NCBI GenBank assembly: GCA_964016885.1
Contig: OZ024740.1
Coordinates: 315,704,001-315,768,000, forward strand
Direction of reading: 5' to 3'
DNA: 64,000 nucleotides
Origin: Eledone cirrhosa
Taxonomy: Eukaryota
Below are positions 1-13,645 of the stretch, in pieces; the first letter of the stretch is position 1, and each line of letters opens with the position of its first letter. Below the pieces are notes generated by a model that was given only the letters and a program-made list of their open reading frames with translations, was not told the origin of the DNA and ran no database searches. Made by a program: the position numbers and the translations under genes.

Positions 1-2
1 TA

Positions 3-257
3 GGGAGATCACAGCTCTGATACTACAGACATGTAGTCAGAATGTCTAAAGAAAGAATCCTTGGACGGATTTTACAAGCAAAACCAGCTGGCAGGAGACC
101 CAGGGGTAGATCAGGAGCTAGATAGTTGGATAACATCTATGAGCTTGGTTGGTCTCATTTGGAGACCCAGCTAGATCAATTGGAGATGATTACTTCTGAC
201 AAGACCTGGTGGAAGGCATGCTTGACGATACTGCTCCTACAATCAACCTCGGCATAA
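3..257 (+). mobile_element. Degenerate 3' end of an RTE-clade LINE (Expander/Rex3-like)
   Basis: Manual translation gives RSQL*YYRHVVRMSKERILGRILQAKPAGRRPRGRSGAR*LDNI...LLLQSTSA*, matching the RTE C-terminal 'LRW.GH..RM...GRRPRGRP..RW' pattern, with in-frame stops. Confidence 0.75.
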
Positions 258-465
258 GTGGGCAAAGAAAAGGTATCATAATTTCCATTTCATTCACTGT
301 GATAATTCATAGAAAGTTCAGATCATTAATAAACAAATTTATGGTATTTGACGGGCAATAATTTTGAATGTCAAAATACTAAAGAAACTACCACAAAATA
401 ATAATTCAGAGTCCCGAAACTAATACAAAATAATTGTTTTCACCCCAGGCACAAGGCCAGCATAA

Positions 466-929
<464 letters not shown>

Positions 930-930
<1 letters not shown>

Positions 931-2707
931 GTCATTATGAGAGACTGATGAATGTGGAGAACGAATGGGAGAGAGAGAAATTACCCCAGTAGATCCGACA
1001 GAGGGACCAGCTATTGAGATTGACGAATATAGGGTCCAAGAGGCGATTAGGGAAATGAAAAATGGTAAGGCTGCCGGACCATCGGGAATAGTTGCTGAGA
1101 TGCTGAAGGCATCAGGGGACGTAAGCACTAAACTGGTTGCACGCATCATCAATCAGGCTATATATGGCGGTGTCATACCCAAAGACTGGTGCAGCAGTAT
1201 TCTAATAAATTGCTACAAGGGTAAAGGGGATGCTTTGGAGAGGAGCAATTATAGGGGTATAAAAGTGATAGATCAGGTTATGAAAGTGGCAGAAAGGATT
1301 TTAGCACAACTAATTAGAGAAAGGGTCAAACTAGATGAGCTGCAGTTTGGTTTTGTGCCTGGGAAGAGTACAACAGATGCCCTCTTCTTGGTGAGACAAT
1401 TGCAAAAGAGGTTCTTAGAGAAGAATAAGCCACTATGCTTAGCCTTTGTTGACCTAGAGAAGGCCTTTGATAGGGTACCCCGATCTGTCATCTGGTGGTC
1501 CCTAAGGAAGCTAGGTGTTAAGGAATGGCTTGTGAGGACAGTACAAACTTTGTACAGAGGTACTCTCAGTAAAGTCAGGGTAGGAATGGAGTTTAGTGAG
1601 GAATTCCAGATACAAGTAGGAGTACATCAGGGTTCGGTCCTCAGCCCGCTCTTGTTCATTATAGTCCTCCAAGCCATAACAGAGGAGTTTAAGACTGGCT
1701 GTCCATGGGAACTTCTCTATGCTGACGATCTGGTTCTTATAGCAGAATCAGTAGAGGAGCTAGAGAATAAATTCTGGCTATGGAAACAGTAGTTGGAAGC
1801 AAGAGGACTGAGAGTGAATCTAGCTAAGACAAAAGTGTTGATGAGTAGAAAAGAGGACAAAACCCTGATTCCGTCAGGGAAATGGCCATGTTCGATATGC
1901 AGAAAAGGAACTGGTATAAATTCTATAAAATGCATACAATGCAGATCCTGGGTACACAAGAGATGTAGCGGGATAGCAGACAAACTAACAGGTAGGGAGA
2001 AATATGTATGCAGTAGATGTACAGGGAAATTAGACAGTAGAAGTTGCATTGATAGACACATTTTTCAAATGCAGGAGGGCGCTATAGAAGTGGTGGATAG
2101 CTTCCGGTACCTAGGAGATCAGATTAGCATGGGAGGAGGGTGTTCCGAGGCCATAGTATCTAGAATAAGGACGGGTTGGAAAAAGTTTAGGGAGCTGCTT
2201 CCTCTGTTGACGAAGAAGGGTTTCTCCCTGCGCACGAAAGGCCGGTTGTATGATGCCTGTGTGAGGAGCGCGATGCTGCATGGTAGTGAGACATGGGCAG
2301 CAACTGCAGAGGATATGCGACGGCTGGAGAGAAATGAAGCAAGCATGCTCCGTTGGATGTGCAGTGTAAATGTGCGTGAACGACCCAGCATAAATGTGTT
2401 GAGAGAGAAACTGTGTCTGAGAGGGATAGAATGTAGTGTACGGGAGAGAAGACTGAGGTGGTATGGACATGTGATGCGCATGGAGGATGACCGATGGGTG
2501 AAGAAGTGCCAGGAATTGCCAGTTGAAGGAAGACGTGGTAGAGGTAGACCACGAAAAACATGGGCGGAGGTGGTGAGAACAGACCTCAGATCATTGAAGC
2601 TCACGGTGGAGATGACGAGGGACCGTGACGAGTGGAGAGATGTTGTGCTGAATAAGACCCGTCCCACCCTTGCAAGCAGGGAAAAGCGGACGTAAAATGA
2701 TGATGAT
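930..2707 (+). mobile_element. 5'-truncated RTE-clade LINE (family A), inserted in a TA array
   Basis: RT motifs NYRGIK, QFGFVPG, FVDLEKAFDRV, GVHQGSVLSPLLF, LLYADD; RTE C-terminus [10 protein letters not shown]...GRGRPRKTW; ends ...gcaagcagggaaaagcggacgtaaaatgatgatgat; TA runs on both sides. Confidence 0.95.
965..2695 (+). pseudogene. RTE reverse transcriptase ORF with internal PHD-like Zn finger, split by one in-frame TAG at 1790-1792
   Basis: ORFs 965..1792 and 1793..2695 are in the same frame and abut; the sister family reads WKHGLESKG where this copy reads WKQ*LEARG. Confidence 0.9.
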
Positions 2708-3885
<1,178 letters not shown>

Positions 3886-3886
<1 letters not shown>

Positions 3887-6040
3887 CTTTGAATAACTTT
3901 GAAATGTTTTGGCCAGTATTGGCCCAGGCCATGTCTAACTTAATAGCACCACCTGGCGAAGTCTTTCAATTCAGGATTTGGGCACCATGGCCCATTCGAG
4001 AAGAGAATTACTGTTTGCGGAGACATATCCGGGTGTGGGTGGTTTGTCCGGGATTACTTGGAGGAATTTGTCCAAAGACTTCTTGAATTTTGTGTGGTCA
4101 GTTTCTGTTTTGACGTGTCCTGGTGTGATGTTGAAGAGAGCAGGGCCGATTGAGGTGAAATAATTGTGCCGTATTGTTGTTATGAGTTGCGATTTAGATT
4201 TTTGAATGGGACGGATAGCACGGGGCCCAAGCCTTGGGTGTATCTTGAAGGCGATGCCAACATCATTTGGGCAGTGATGATGGAACATTTTCCACATCAT
4301 GCAGATAATATAACGCTCACGGCGACGTTGGAGTGAGTAAAGTTTCAGGTTTTCTAATCGACCCCAGTAGTCAAGGTCTGACATGCCATCTATCTTTTTC
4401 GTGATTGCCCTTTGAGGAGCTTCAAGTTTCATGATACTTTGTTTCGTGTGGGGAGACCACAGTGGACAACAGTATTCAAGGTGTGGTCGGGCAAAAGTAG
4501 AGAAGAGAAGGATAATGGTGCGGGAATCTCTCGACTGGAAGGTTCTGAGGATCCAGGAACACATTCTGCGGGCCATGTCAACTTTGCTGCTTATATGCGT
4601 GGTCCAGCTTATGTTGCTGTCCACGGTTACTCCCAAGTCTCTGATGTTGTTAGATGCCACGAGAGTTTCCCCGGAGGGAAGGGAGTACGGGAGTTTCAGA
4701 GCATCCTCTTTTCCAAAGTGGATCAGTTCGAATTTGTCTTCGTTCAGTAACATGTTGTTCTTTTCTGCCCATTGGGTAACAGCCAGTAGGTCTGACTGAA
4801 GGCTTATCCGGTCATCCACGCCATTGATGACCTTTTGGAGCTTGGAATCATCAGCGAAAATTTTAATGTTGCTGTGTTTGATGATGTCAGTGATGTCATT
4901 AATATAGATGATGAAGAGAAGTGGGCCCAACACAGTGCCTTGTGGGACCCCACTACTGACTTTGGCTGGGCTTGATTTGACTCCCTCAACTACAACATGT
5001 TGGGTTCTGTTTGACAGGAAGCTCTTGATCCACTGCAGCAGCTTTCCAGTGACACCAATATTGGACAGCTTTCTCAGTAGAATGTTATGATCAACCCTGT
5101 CAAAGGCCTTGCTGAAATCAAGGTAGATAACATCAGTGTTGGAACCCTCTCCCAAGGCTCTCAAAATGTCATCAAAGTGATGCAGTAGCTGCGTCAGGCA
5201 ATCCCTTCCATTACGGAATCCATGCTGGTTGGAGTTCAGCATATTGTTACTCTCAAGGAAGTGGATCATTCGCGATCTCACCACTCTCTCAAATACCTTA
5301 ATGATATGAGAGGTGAGTGAGATTGGACGGTAATTCACGGCAAGGGATTTGTTTCCCTTTTTGAAAACTGGGACAACAGACTGGGATAGAAGGTTTTCTG
5401 GCACATATCCAGCATCCAGTGAGTTCCGCCACAGATTGGCAAGAGGAGATGCAAGTTGGTGTTGACACGCCTTCAAGACACAAGCAGGGAACCTATCGGG
5501 ACCTACTGCTGAATTATGCTTGATTTCCTTTATTGCCGCCAAGACATCAGGGGCGCCAAACGTTATGTCCGATAAGGTGTAATGGGGAGTAACATCGCCG
5601 ATACAGCCCAGATCGGCCATATCAGGATTGCTGAAAACAGAGCAGTATTGTTTCTGCAGTATCTCACCCATGGTTTTAGCATTGTCTTGAAGAGTGCCAT
5701 TTTCATCAATTAGAGGGCCAACAGTAGAGCCAGTGATTTTGTGTTTTTTTGCAAATGAAAAGAACACTTTGGGATTGAGTTTGATCTTCTCAATGGCCCA
5801 GGCCTCTTCAGCTCTTCTCTGATTGTTGATGAGGGACATTATGTTGTTTTGGAGGTTATGTTTTTTAATCTCTAGTGATGAAATGGCAGTCAAGTTGATG
5901 TGTTGCTGCTGACAGTATTTCAGCTTGTTGATTTTTTTGTTCGTTCTCTTAATTTTTCTGATGAGCGTTTTTCTATTTCTAGGGATTCTGCTCTTAGATT
6001 TGTTTTTAGTTCTTAATGGGGTGTGTTTAGCACATATGTT
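3886..6040 (-). mobile_element. 5'-truncated CR1-type non-LTR retrotransposon, inserted in a TA array
   Basis: Minus-strand ORF with [63 protein letters not shown]; short 3' UTR ending in a repeated ttcaaagtta unit; no endonuclease domain retained. Confidence 0.92.
3971..6040 (-). CDS. CR1-type reverse transcriptase, uninterrupted but N-terminally truncated
   Basis: Part of the 745-aa ORF 3971..6208; its N-terminal YI repeat is microsatellite, and element sequence begins near NICAKHTP. Confidence 0.85.
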   Translation of the reverse strand, partial: NICAKHTPLRTKNKSKSRIPRNRKTLIRKIKRTNKKINKLKYCQQQHINLTAISSLEIKKHNLQNNIMSLINNQRRAEEAWAIEKIKLNPKVFFSFAKKHKITGSTVGPLIDENGTLQDNAKTMGEILQKQYCSVFSNPDMADLGCIGDVTPHYTLSDITFGAPDVLAAIKEIKHNSAVGPDRFPACVLKACQHQLASPLANLWRNSLDAGYVPENLLSQSVVPVFKKGNKSLAVNYRPISLTSHIIKVFERVVRSRMIHFLESNNMLNSNQHGFRNGRDCLTQLLHHFDDILRALGEGSNTDVIYLDFSKAFDRVDHNILLRKLSNIGVTGKLLQWIKSFLSNRTQHVVVEGVKSSPAKVSSGVPQGTVLGPLLFIIYINDITDIIKHSNIKIFADDSKLQKVINGVDDRISLQSDLLAVTQWAEKNNMLLNEDKFELIHFGKEDALKLPYSLPSGETLVASNNIRDLGVTVDSNISWTTHISSKVDMARRMCSWILRTFQSRDSRTIILLFSTFARPHLEYCCPLWSPHTKQSIMKLEAPQRAITKKIDGMSDLDYWGRLENLKLYSLQRRRERYIICMMWKMFHHHCPNDVGIAFKIHPRLGPRAIRPIQKSKSQLITTIRHNYFTSIGPALFNITPGHVKTETDHTKFKKSLDKFLQVIPDKPPTPGYVSANSNSLLEWAMVPKS

Positions 6041-6247
6041 ATATATATATATATATACATATATATACATGTATATATATATATACATATATATGTATGT
6101 ATATATATATATATATATATACATACATATATATACATGTATATATATATATATACATATATATGTATGTATATATATATATACATATATACATACATAT
6201 ATATACATGTATATATATATATATACATATATATGTATGTATATATA
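6041..6247. repeat. (TA)n compound microsatellite
   Basis: Direct reading. Confidence 0.95.
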
Positions 6248-6860
6248 TGGTGGTGGCTGCCAACTCGTTTTCGAGTACGGCCACTACTTTATATCCATGT
6301 AGGAGAACCCCTACCGATGCGCTGAACGAATGTGACTTTTTAGTCCAGCCAGCGACTTGAAAACTCTGGTACAAAGACTACACTTGTGACCATTATTGAC
6401 ACATAGTGCAGGGCCCATGGTACCATGTGATGACAAGTGCAGAGAGATCTCCAGATATAAAGCAATGCCTGTGCTGTGAAGCTTTTATAGTGAGCAAAGG
6501 CACTGCACAAAGCCAGTCCCACTCTCTTAACCAAGATGATATTTACCAAAAAGAAGAACAAGTCAACATCATTGGATACCATCAGGGTTGCAGGTGTTAT
6601 ATCAGAGTTTTCCTTCTCCTAGAATTCTGCCTTGACAAAGGCTAAGGGGTCATCTCTCCCAGTGATTTTGGATGGCCATTGACTCCCAAGAGCTCCCTCG
6701 CCCTTTGACAGGTTTTGTTTTTAGTCCTGCAGGATGTCCAAAGTCACCCTCCTCACCAAGAAACCTTGGTGGGGTTGCCAGTTTAGTCGCCAACGACCCG
6801 ACCATGAGACAGGTTGTACTGGGATACATGTTACCAGTAGCACCAACTGGTGACCTGACA
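6248..6860. repeat. Unclassified interspersed repeat between TA tracts; 6666-6860 recurs at 13273-13467
   Basis: ttttggatggcc...tcaccctcctcaccaag...ggttgtactgg...catgttaccagta...tgaca is present twice in the window with scattered substitutions. Confidence 0.7.
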
Positions 6861-7080
6861 TATATACATATATACATACATATATATACATGTATATATA
6901 TACATGTATATATATGTATATATATACATGTATATATATGTATATATATATATACATGTATATATATGTATATATATATATACATATATATATATGTATA
7001 TATATACATGTATATATATGTATATATATATATACATATATATACATGTATATATATATATATATACATACATACATATA

Positions 7081-7122
<42 letters not shown>

Positions 7123-7222
7123 CATGTATATATATATATAGATATATATATATATATATACATATATACATATATATACATGTATATATTTATATATACA
7201 TACATGTATATATATATATAAA
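6861..7222. repeat. (TA)n compound microsatellite
   Basis: Direct reading. Confidence 0.95.
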
Positions 7223-7265
7223 TATAATAAAGATGAAATAAGGCTGGTTATAAGAGTTCCATATA

Positions 7266-7328
7266 TTTTATTATACATATTTTGAATACAAAATCGTCCT
7301 GGGACAGATGTGTTCTCTTCAGATAAAA
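7266..7328 (-). ncRNA. Decayed type I hammerhead ribozyme motif (GAAA mutated to AAAA)
   Basis: Minus strand: ttttat-CTGAAGA-gaacac..gtattc-AAAA-t-atgt-a-TA-ataaaa; same layout as the intact motif at 40277. Confidence 0.65.
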
Positions 7329-7742
7329 AAATAAGGTACAATGATATGAGACATAATAGCACTTGTTTATAGGAAAGTGCTAGGTCTACATATGTAGACT
7401 TAGCACTTTGGGGTTGTATTATTCAACTTTCCCCCACCACACAAAATTGTTGACTTTTTGCCTAAATTCTAAACCATTATATTTATATGTAGGACTTAAA
7501 GGTTGGATTACAACACTTGTAGAGAATGTTGTCTCAATCAGTTTATTTAGTGGGTTGAGAGTAATGTTCCTTATTGTTTAGATTACATGTAAACACAGCT
7601 TGGTTGTCCACATCTGGTAGTGGATGTGTATTTATAAACAAGACGACGCTCCAGACACAGAAAGTGATCATGAGATAGTCTAAGATTATGAGGACTTACT
7701 CTATAAAATCACAAGAAAGTCAGTGAAAAACAATGTCAAAAA

Positions 7743-8091
7743 CTACTTTTGGGTCCCAAATAATAGGGGGAGGGGGCGTTGAAATAAGTAGCAGAGGGGG
7801 TTGGAAAATTGGTAATTTTTCTAAGTTGTCACCGTTGATTTTTTTTAAAAACCAGAATTAATCATTTAGTTTACATATTGAGACCCCTGCCAGCCCAACC
7901 TATTTATTCTATAGCATATGGGATTTCTAGTAATGTACTGTTTTTGTCATGTATAATATTTTTTTTAATGTATAAAGAAAATTTATTGTTACAGGAATGC
8001 TACCACATAAAATAAAATTTTGCTGGAGATAGATTAGCAAAATGTAATACGCATGGGAGATGGGGGTATGATTATTCGAGACCCGGTAGTA
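7743..8091. mobile_element. Degenerate Tc1/mariner-type MITE
   Basis: Imperfect terminal inverted repeats tact..gggtcccaaataat / attattcgagacccggtagta, with TA ends. Confidence 0.55.
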
Positions 8092-8188
8092 AGTGTATTT
8101 CTAATTATGAGACTAGTAACAACCAATTAGAAATATTAGAATGAAGAAATTGCTTTTATTGAACTAAGTGGTGTTTTAATCATATTTT

Positions 8189-8385
8189 AAATAATTGTTT
8201 CTACTATTGGCACAAGGCCAGCAATTACCCAGTACATTACTGGTACTTTATTTTATCGACCCAGTAAGGATGAAAGGCAAAGTTAACCTCGGCGGGATTT
8301 GAACTCAGAATGGTAAAGGTCGTAACTCTATGCGTCAAAGCATGGCGTCCGACCCTCTACCGATACTGCCAATTCACCGTCCTAA
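8189..8385 (-). mobile_element. tRNA-derived SINE, the most abundant family in the window
   Basis: Sense reads tggcagtatcgg (A-box-like)...gagttcaaatccc (B box)...gcctttcatcctt...gtcgataaaataaagtaccag (Meta-like central domain)...ggccttgtgcc...gaaacaattatt; roughly 30 related copies in the window. Confidence 0.9.
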
Positions 8386-8609
8386 TAATGTTTTATAAAT
8401 GTAATGTTCCTATATGTTTTATTGCATGAATTTTTTAATCATTTAATTATTTTTCTGAATGGAAAGCAACTCAACAATGAAGGGTAAAAATCATGTTAGA
8501 GTGATGATTACTGAACCAAAGTATACCACACAATGGATATGGCAATGTTAGAACATGCTAGAATGGAAGGAATGGAATGGACCATTGTTGGTTTCAATGA
8601 TGAGTGTTC

Positions 8610-8870
8610 CACTTGTTTAATTGGTGGAACAGCAGGCTCATGGAATTAACATGTATGTGGCTGAGCAATCTACAGACATGTATACCCTTAATGTAATTCT
8701 CAGGGAGATTCAGCATGACGCAGTGTGGGACAAGGCTGGCCCTTTGAATTACAGGTATTAACATGTAAATAGCTGAGCATCCCACAGCCACGTGTACCCA
8801 TAACATAATTCTCAGGGAGATTCAGCATGACACAATGTGACAAGGCTGACCCTTTGAATTACAGGTACAG
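8610..8870. repeat. Tandem ~118-bp duplication within a SINE-like repeat
   Basis: aattctcagggagattcagcatgac...gacaaggctg.ccctttgaattacaggta occurs twice in tandem. Confidence 0.75.
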
Positions 8871-9136
8871 TCTACCTGATGGGCTTCCAAACAGTTCCAT
8901 CCACCCAATTTTACTCTCAAGTCTTAGGCTAATCTGTGGCCATGGTAAATGACACTTGCCCAAGATGCCACACAGTGGTATTGAACCTGGAACCTAATGA
9001 TTGTGAAGTGAACTTCCAGCATGGTATGTCCACTCACACATACATACATACATACATCATGCATGCATACATGTGTACTCACACACACTTCCATCATAGA
9101 AGAAAAGGCATTAAATGATGATGATGACATATATAT

Positions 9137-9205
9137 TTATTCATTCTGACGACTGAAGACAGATATAAATATCTGCCTTCAAGAAACCACTGGTAAATGG
9201 AATAA
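9137..9205 (+). ncRNA. Type I hammerhead ribozyme motif
   Basis: ttattcatt-CTGACGA-ctgaagacagatat/aa/atatctgccttcaa-GAAA-cc-act-gg-TA-aatggaataa: stems I, II and III all pair; GUA cleavage triplet. Confidence 0.8.
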
Positions 9206-9248
9206 TTATCTTATATTGTTTATTACATATATATATATACAGAGAGAA

Positions 9249-9320
9249 AGAGATGTAAAATTCTGACTGCCGTTAAGCGGTCTTGGCTTGTGTCAGCGGT
9301 CGGGACTTTACATATCTCTA
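9249..9320. repeat. Short imperfect fold-back; a partial sister copy lies at 30958-31006
   Basis: agagatgtaaaattctgactgc...gcggtcgggactttacatatctct. Confidence 0.55.
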
Positions 9321-9387
9321 TACCCACTCTGCATCTCCTCATACAGTGAGTACTCCCATAATTAGTGGTCTCCTGGTCCCAGCACTG

Positions 9388-9460
<73 letters not shown>

Positions 9461-9461
9461 A

Positions 9462-10281
9462 AAATGAAAGGCAGGTTGTACGATGCCTGCATACGAACAG
9501 CAATGTTGCATGGCAGTGAGACCTGGGCATTGTGTGCAGAAGATATACGCAGACTAGAGAGGAACGAAGCTTGCATGCTCCGCTGGATGTGTAACAGTAA
9601 TATACGTGAACGGCAAAGCATAAACGAACTAAGGAAAAAATTAGAGATAAGAGGGATCAGATGTTTACTCGAGAGAAGGCTACGTTGGTATGGACACGTG
9701 ATGCGCATGAAAGACGATAGCTGTATAACAAAGTGCAGGGCAATAAAGATAGACGGTAGCCACGGAGTAGGCAGACCCAGAAAAACCTGGGACGAGCTGA
9801 TAAACTCCGACATCACACACTTACACCTCTCCAAGACAATGTCACTGGACCGAGACCTTTGGCGGTACTCAGTAACAGAGAAGACCCACCTTACCTAAAT
9901 ATATAGTAAAACCTACTCCAGCCAGTAGGCATCTCTAACAAAATACACCCCGTCCCACCACCACCACCCCATCCACACCACCCCGTTCTATGTAAAGTTA
10001 TGTTGGTGCCGCGCCATCCAGGCCGAAACAAATGAGATCGTGTAGGTGTCACGACAAAAAAACACACAGTCCACGCTGTAATGTGGCCGTGTAGGCAACA
10101 CGGTAAAAACCTCCCAGTCCCACACTGTAAATGTGGTTGGTGTTAGGAAGGGCATCCAACTGTAGAAAACCTGCCAGACAGTCCTATGCGAGCAAGACAA
10201 TCACTCTTGCCTCAAGTGGGACTACCCCCGTCCAAACCCATGCAAGCATGGAACACGGACGTTAAACGTTGATGATGATGA

Positions 10282-10285
<4 letters not shown>
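9462..10285 (+). mobile_element. 3' fragment of RTE family B LINE including its 3' UTR and (ATG)n tail
   Basis: ORF 9464..9898 ([21 protein letters not shown]...) is nearly identical to 16034..16612; bounded by (TC)n(TA)n and (TA)n. Confidence 0.93.
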
Positions 10286-10317
<32 letters not shown>

Positions 10318-10423
10318 GTAGAACACTGGAAGCTAATATCCGTAGTGGTAGAGCACTCAGTCCATGGGACGAGTTAGGTAGAAGTGGTTACACAACAGTT
10401 AGTTCACCATACCAAGAACAATT

Positions 10424-10481
<58 letters not shown>

Positions 10482-10560
10482 CCTTTTGATCAATGTTGGC
10501 TCAATGAAGAGTTGATGCATATCATAACATTCTGAAAACTGGGAAGTCATAGAAAATAGT

Positions 10561-10732
10561 TACCGTATTTCCCAGTGCCGAAGACGCTTCATCCTTGAGG
10601 ACGCACCCTAATTTTGACAACCAAAAATTTGAAAAAAAAAAAAAACAACCTTCGACCTCCAGGACGCATGGTAGATTGTTTTAGACTTATTTTAGGAAAA
10701 AAGTAGCATCTTCCACACCTGGAAATATGGTA
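10561..10732. mobile_element. Tc1/mariner-type MITE
   Basis: TIRs taccgtatttcccagtgccgaagacgct / agcatcttccacacctggaaatatggta, with TA ends. Confidence 0.75.
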
Positions 10733-10994
10733 ACTGATTTACCTTATTGAGTCATTTCAGCTGGACACCTTCTTTACTATGATGACAAATGTCACAACTT
10801 CTGTATATTGTCAGCAAGCTGATTTGTTTGTGAGGCACCAAAACTATTGATCTGAGAGCAAATACTTTATTATATAAAATATGGATTCATAATAATGATA
10901 ATATGAATATTGCATTATTTTTTTGTAATATTGCTCCAATCTGGTGGCTGTTTAACTGTGGGTCAAGGCAACTTCTCTTTGTCCAGACTCTCTC

Positions 10995-11285
10995 TAGTCT
11001 AAAGTCTGTCTCAAGCCAGGAGGCTCATCAGGCCTGTACTTATCCTGGTTTTGTGGCGTGATGCAACAGAGAGTACAAGACTCTCCACTGGACAGGATGC
11101 CAGACCATTGCACGATTAAACCCCCAGCTATTTCTGGTACTCATTTTAAGTTGAGTATACTGGAGCAACGTGAAATGAAGTGTTTTGCTCAAGAACACAA
11201 CACACATCCCAGCCCAGGAATTGAACCCATGACATTATGATCATAAGTCCAACACCCTTACCACTAGGTCATGCACCTCCACTCT
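10995..11285 (-). mobile_element. Second tRNA-derived SINE family (CORE/V-like centre); other copies near 27665-27915(-), 30360-30500(-), 36075-36350(+)
   Basis: Sense has ctagtggtaagggtg...ggttcaattcctgg then tgttgtgttcttgagcaaaacacttcatttcacgttgctccag. Confidence 0.75.
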
Positions 11286-12414
11286 TTGTTTAGACTATCT
11301 AACTACAAATAGATGCCATAAGGTAGATAGAGATGTAAGCAATAAAAGATGGTGGTTACTCAATAGTTGTTCTGCAAGAGAGGAATATACTTGAGTGGAT
11401 CAAAATCTGTAATAAATTGCTGTTATGAACCAAAGAGGAAATCTCTAAGCAGTCAGTCAACATGCTAGAAATAGCAGCCTAATTTCACTTGTATCAGTGT
11501 GCACCCAGGTTGGGTTGAACTGGCTTTGAACAGTACATTCATGGCATCACAAACAGAGGTTGCCCATGCATGGTTATCACTGAATTGTGATTAGCTGACA
11601 ATATCTGCATCAAACAGTGGAGACTCTATATGCAATGACTAGATATTAACTCAAAATCAGATTTGATCATGCCAATCCATGTTTTTAACTGTTGATCTCA
11701 CCGTTTTCAACATCACAGGCAGGGCTCAGGTGTAGTTGCAGCATGGACGAGTTCACCTCATAGGTGACAGCGTGTGTAGCCAAATCATCAGACACATCTC
11801 TTTTGAGTAGGAAATGTTGAATGGAATTAATTTGACAGCCATGACAAATTTTGGAGTTTGCCACAAAATCTAATACTCAAACCTGTAAGATTCAACAAAG
11901 GTAAAAAGTAGTCAGAAATTCCAGCTTGCATAAATCTATTGCTTTTACTGGCCACGTCCCACAAACATAGAAGAGGATGGTGCCAACAAATGCTCAATAA
12001 GTACAGATTATTGTGGCCAGATGTTTATCTGACCTAGACCAAAACCAACCCTAAAGAGAACAGAATACAGCATGATCATGGTTGATATGGACGCATGATC
12101 ATGGTTGATATGGACACCTGACTCAACTACCTATGACTGTGGCAATGAAGAGGGCACCGAGATACTTTACAATAATGCCACATCCTATTTTCTTAAAAAA
12201 GAGAAAACACTGAATAACATAGAACTAGATACACTAAACCTGGAAAAAAGAGGGCATGATCATGGTCATAGGTCTTTGATCACGGATCTGTTTGATTAGA
12301 GCTGACCTGGAGCTAAACAATAACTGGTAATTATTTGATCAACCTCTGAGGGATGTGAATAAATACTTCTATCCAGCCATTTTCAATCCATTAATGGATA
12401 AAGTATCAGCAGCC

Positions 12415-13645
12415 ATGCTGGTTATACTAAATACTATATTACTAGTTATATTAAACACTATACTACTGGTAATACTAAATACTATACTACTGGTAATACT
12501 AAATATGACATTCTTGGTTGTCCATAAATGATGATGACATCCTCTTTATTGTTGTTCCTGTCTGCCATGGGCACGAAGGTGGCTGTGGAGGCCAATCCTT
12601 GACTTGCAGGTCCGGGGACAGTGGGAGCAGGGGTAGAGACCGGAGTCAGACTGGCAACTCCCAGAGGTTACCTCCACCTCTCACCCATCGCTGCAGGGCT
12701 TTGGGAGTGCAGGCTAAAGAAGAAACCTGTACGGGAAAGGTTTATAGTGGGAGGGCCAGTGCATATTGACGGTCCCACTCACTCGGCCGCAGAAGCCAGA
12801 ATCCGGTGGTATGGAGGACCGTCATGACTAGGGACTTCCTTGGCTGCAGTGGATGGCCATGACGTCTGTATTGTCTTGCCGTGCCCTAGCACTCCACACC
12901 GCTTGCTGTCGCCGTCTTTGTGACCGTTGGGACAATGTTGTCCTCCTCCACTCACTCTGCCGGGTTCAGTCTTCGCATGCAAGGGCAGGAATCCCCTATC
13001 TAACTCGCTGGGGGATTTCAGACCCGTCCGGCTACCCTCAACCTGGTTCGGCCCACCAGCAAAGGTGGTTTACTGGGATGTGGCAGCTGTCGCATGCTAC
13101 AGCTTCTTGGGGCCACAGGTGAGAGCTGAGTGTCAGGTGGGACCCAATGCAGGACGAGCTGTCCTGAAAAGGGCATGGCTAGCCCTCCCTACAGAGGTAC
13201 ATGCCCCTCCCTGACACCTCAGGCATATACATATACATACATATGTACATGTGTATATACATATTTACACATTTTTGGATGGCCGTTGACTCTTATGAGT
13301 TCTTCCGCTCTTTGTCAGATTTTGTTTTTTGTCCTGCAGGGTATCCGAAATCACCCTCCTCACCAAGTAAACTTGGTGGGGTTGCCAGTCTATTCGCCGA
13401 CGACCTGACTATGCGACAGGTTGTACTGGTTTACATGTTACCAGTAACACTCAAGAGTGACTTGACATTACTAGTTATACTAAATACCATATTACTAGTT
13501 ATACTAAATACCATATTACTGGTTTTACTAAATACCATATTACTAGTTATACAAAATACTATTTATTCTAAATACCATATTGCTAGTTATACTAAAAACC
13601 ATATTACTGGTTATGCTAAACTGGTAATACTAAATACTATACTAT
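12415..13645. repeat. 24-bp minisatellite (ctggttatactaaatactatatta) at 12415-12505 and 13468-13645, split by inserted elements
   Basis: Same unit on both sides of the insert; it translates as repeated LLVILNTI. Confidence 0.85.
12527..13225. mobile_element. GC-rich non-coding insertion, unclassified (possibly a non-autonomous retroelement or LINE 5' region)
   Basis: Abrupt compositional shift inside an AT-rich minisatellite; many self-complementary segments; no credible ORF. Confidence 0.5.

Noticed and set aside
6666-6860. Possible HDV-like ribozyme on the minus strand (ctaa-actgg end)
   Set aside because: P1, P3 and P1.1 could not be assigned consistently in both copies; simple hairpins explain the pairing.
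11695-11815. Short open minus-strand stretch ending at a gtgaga donor-like site
   Set aside because: Weak acceptor and no recognisable protein; cannot be supported without transcripts.
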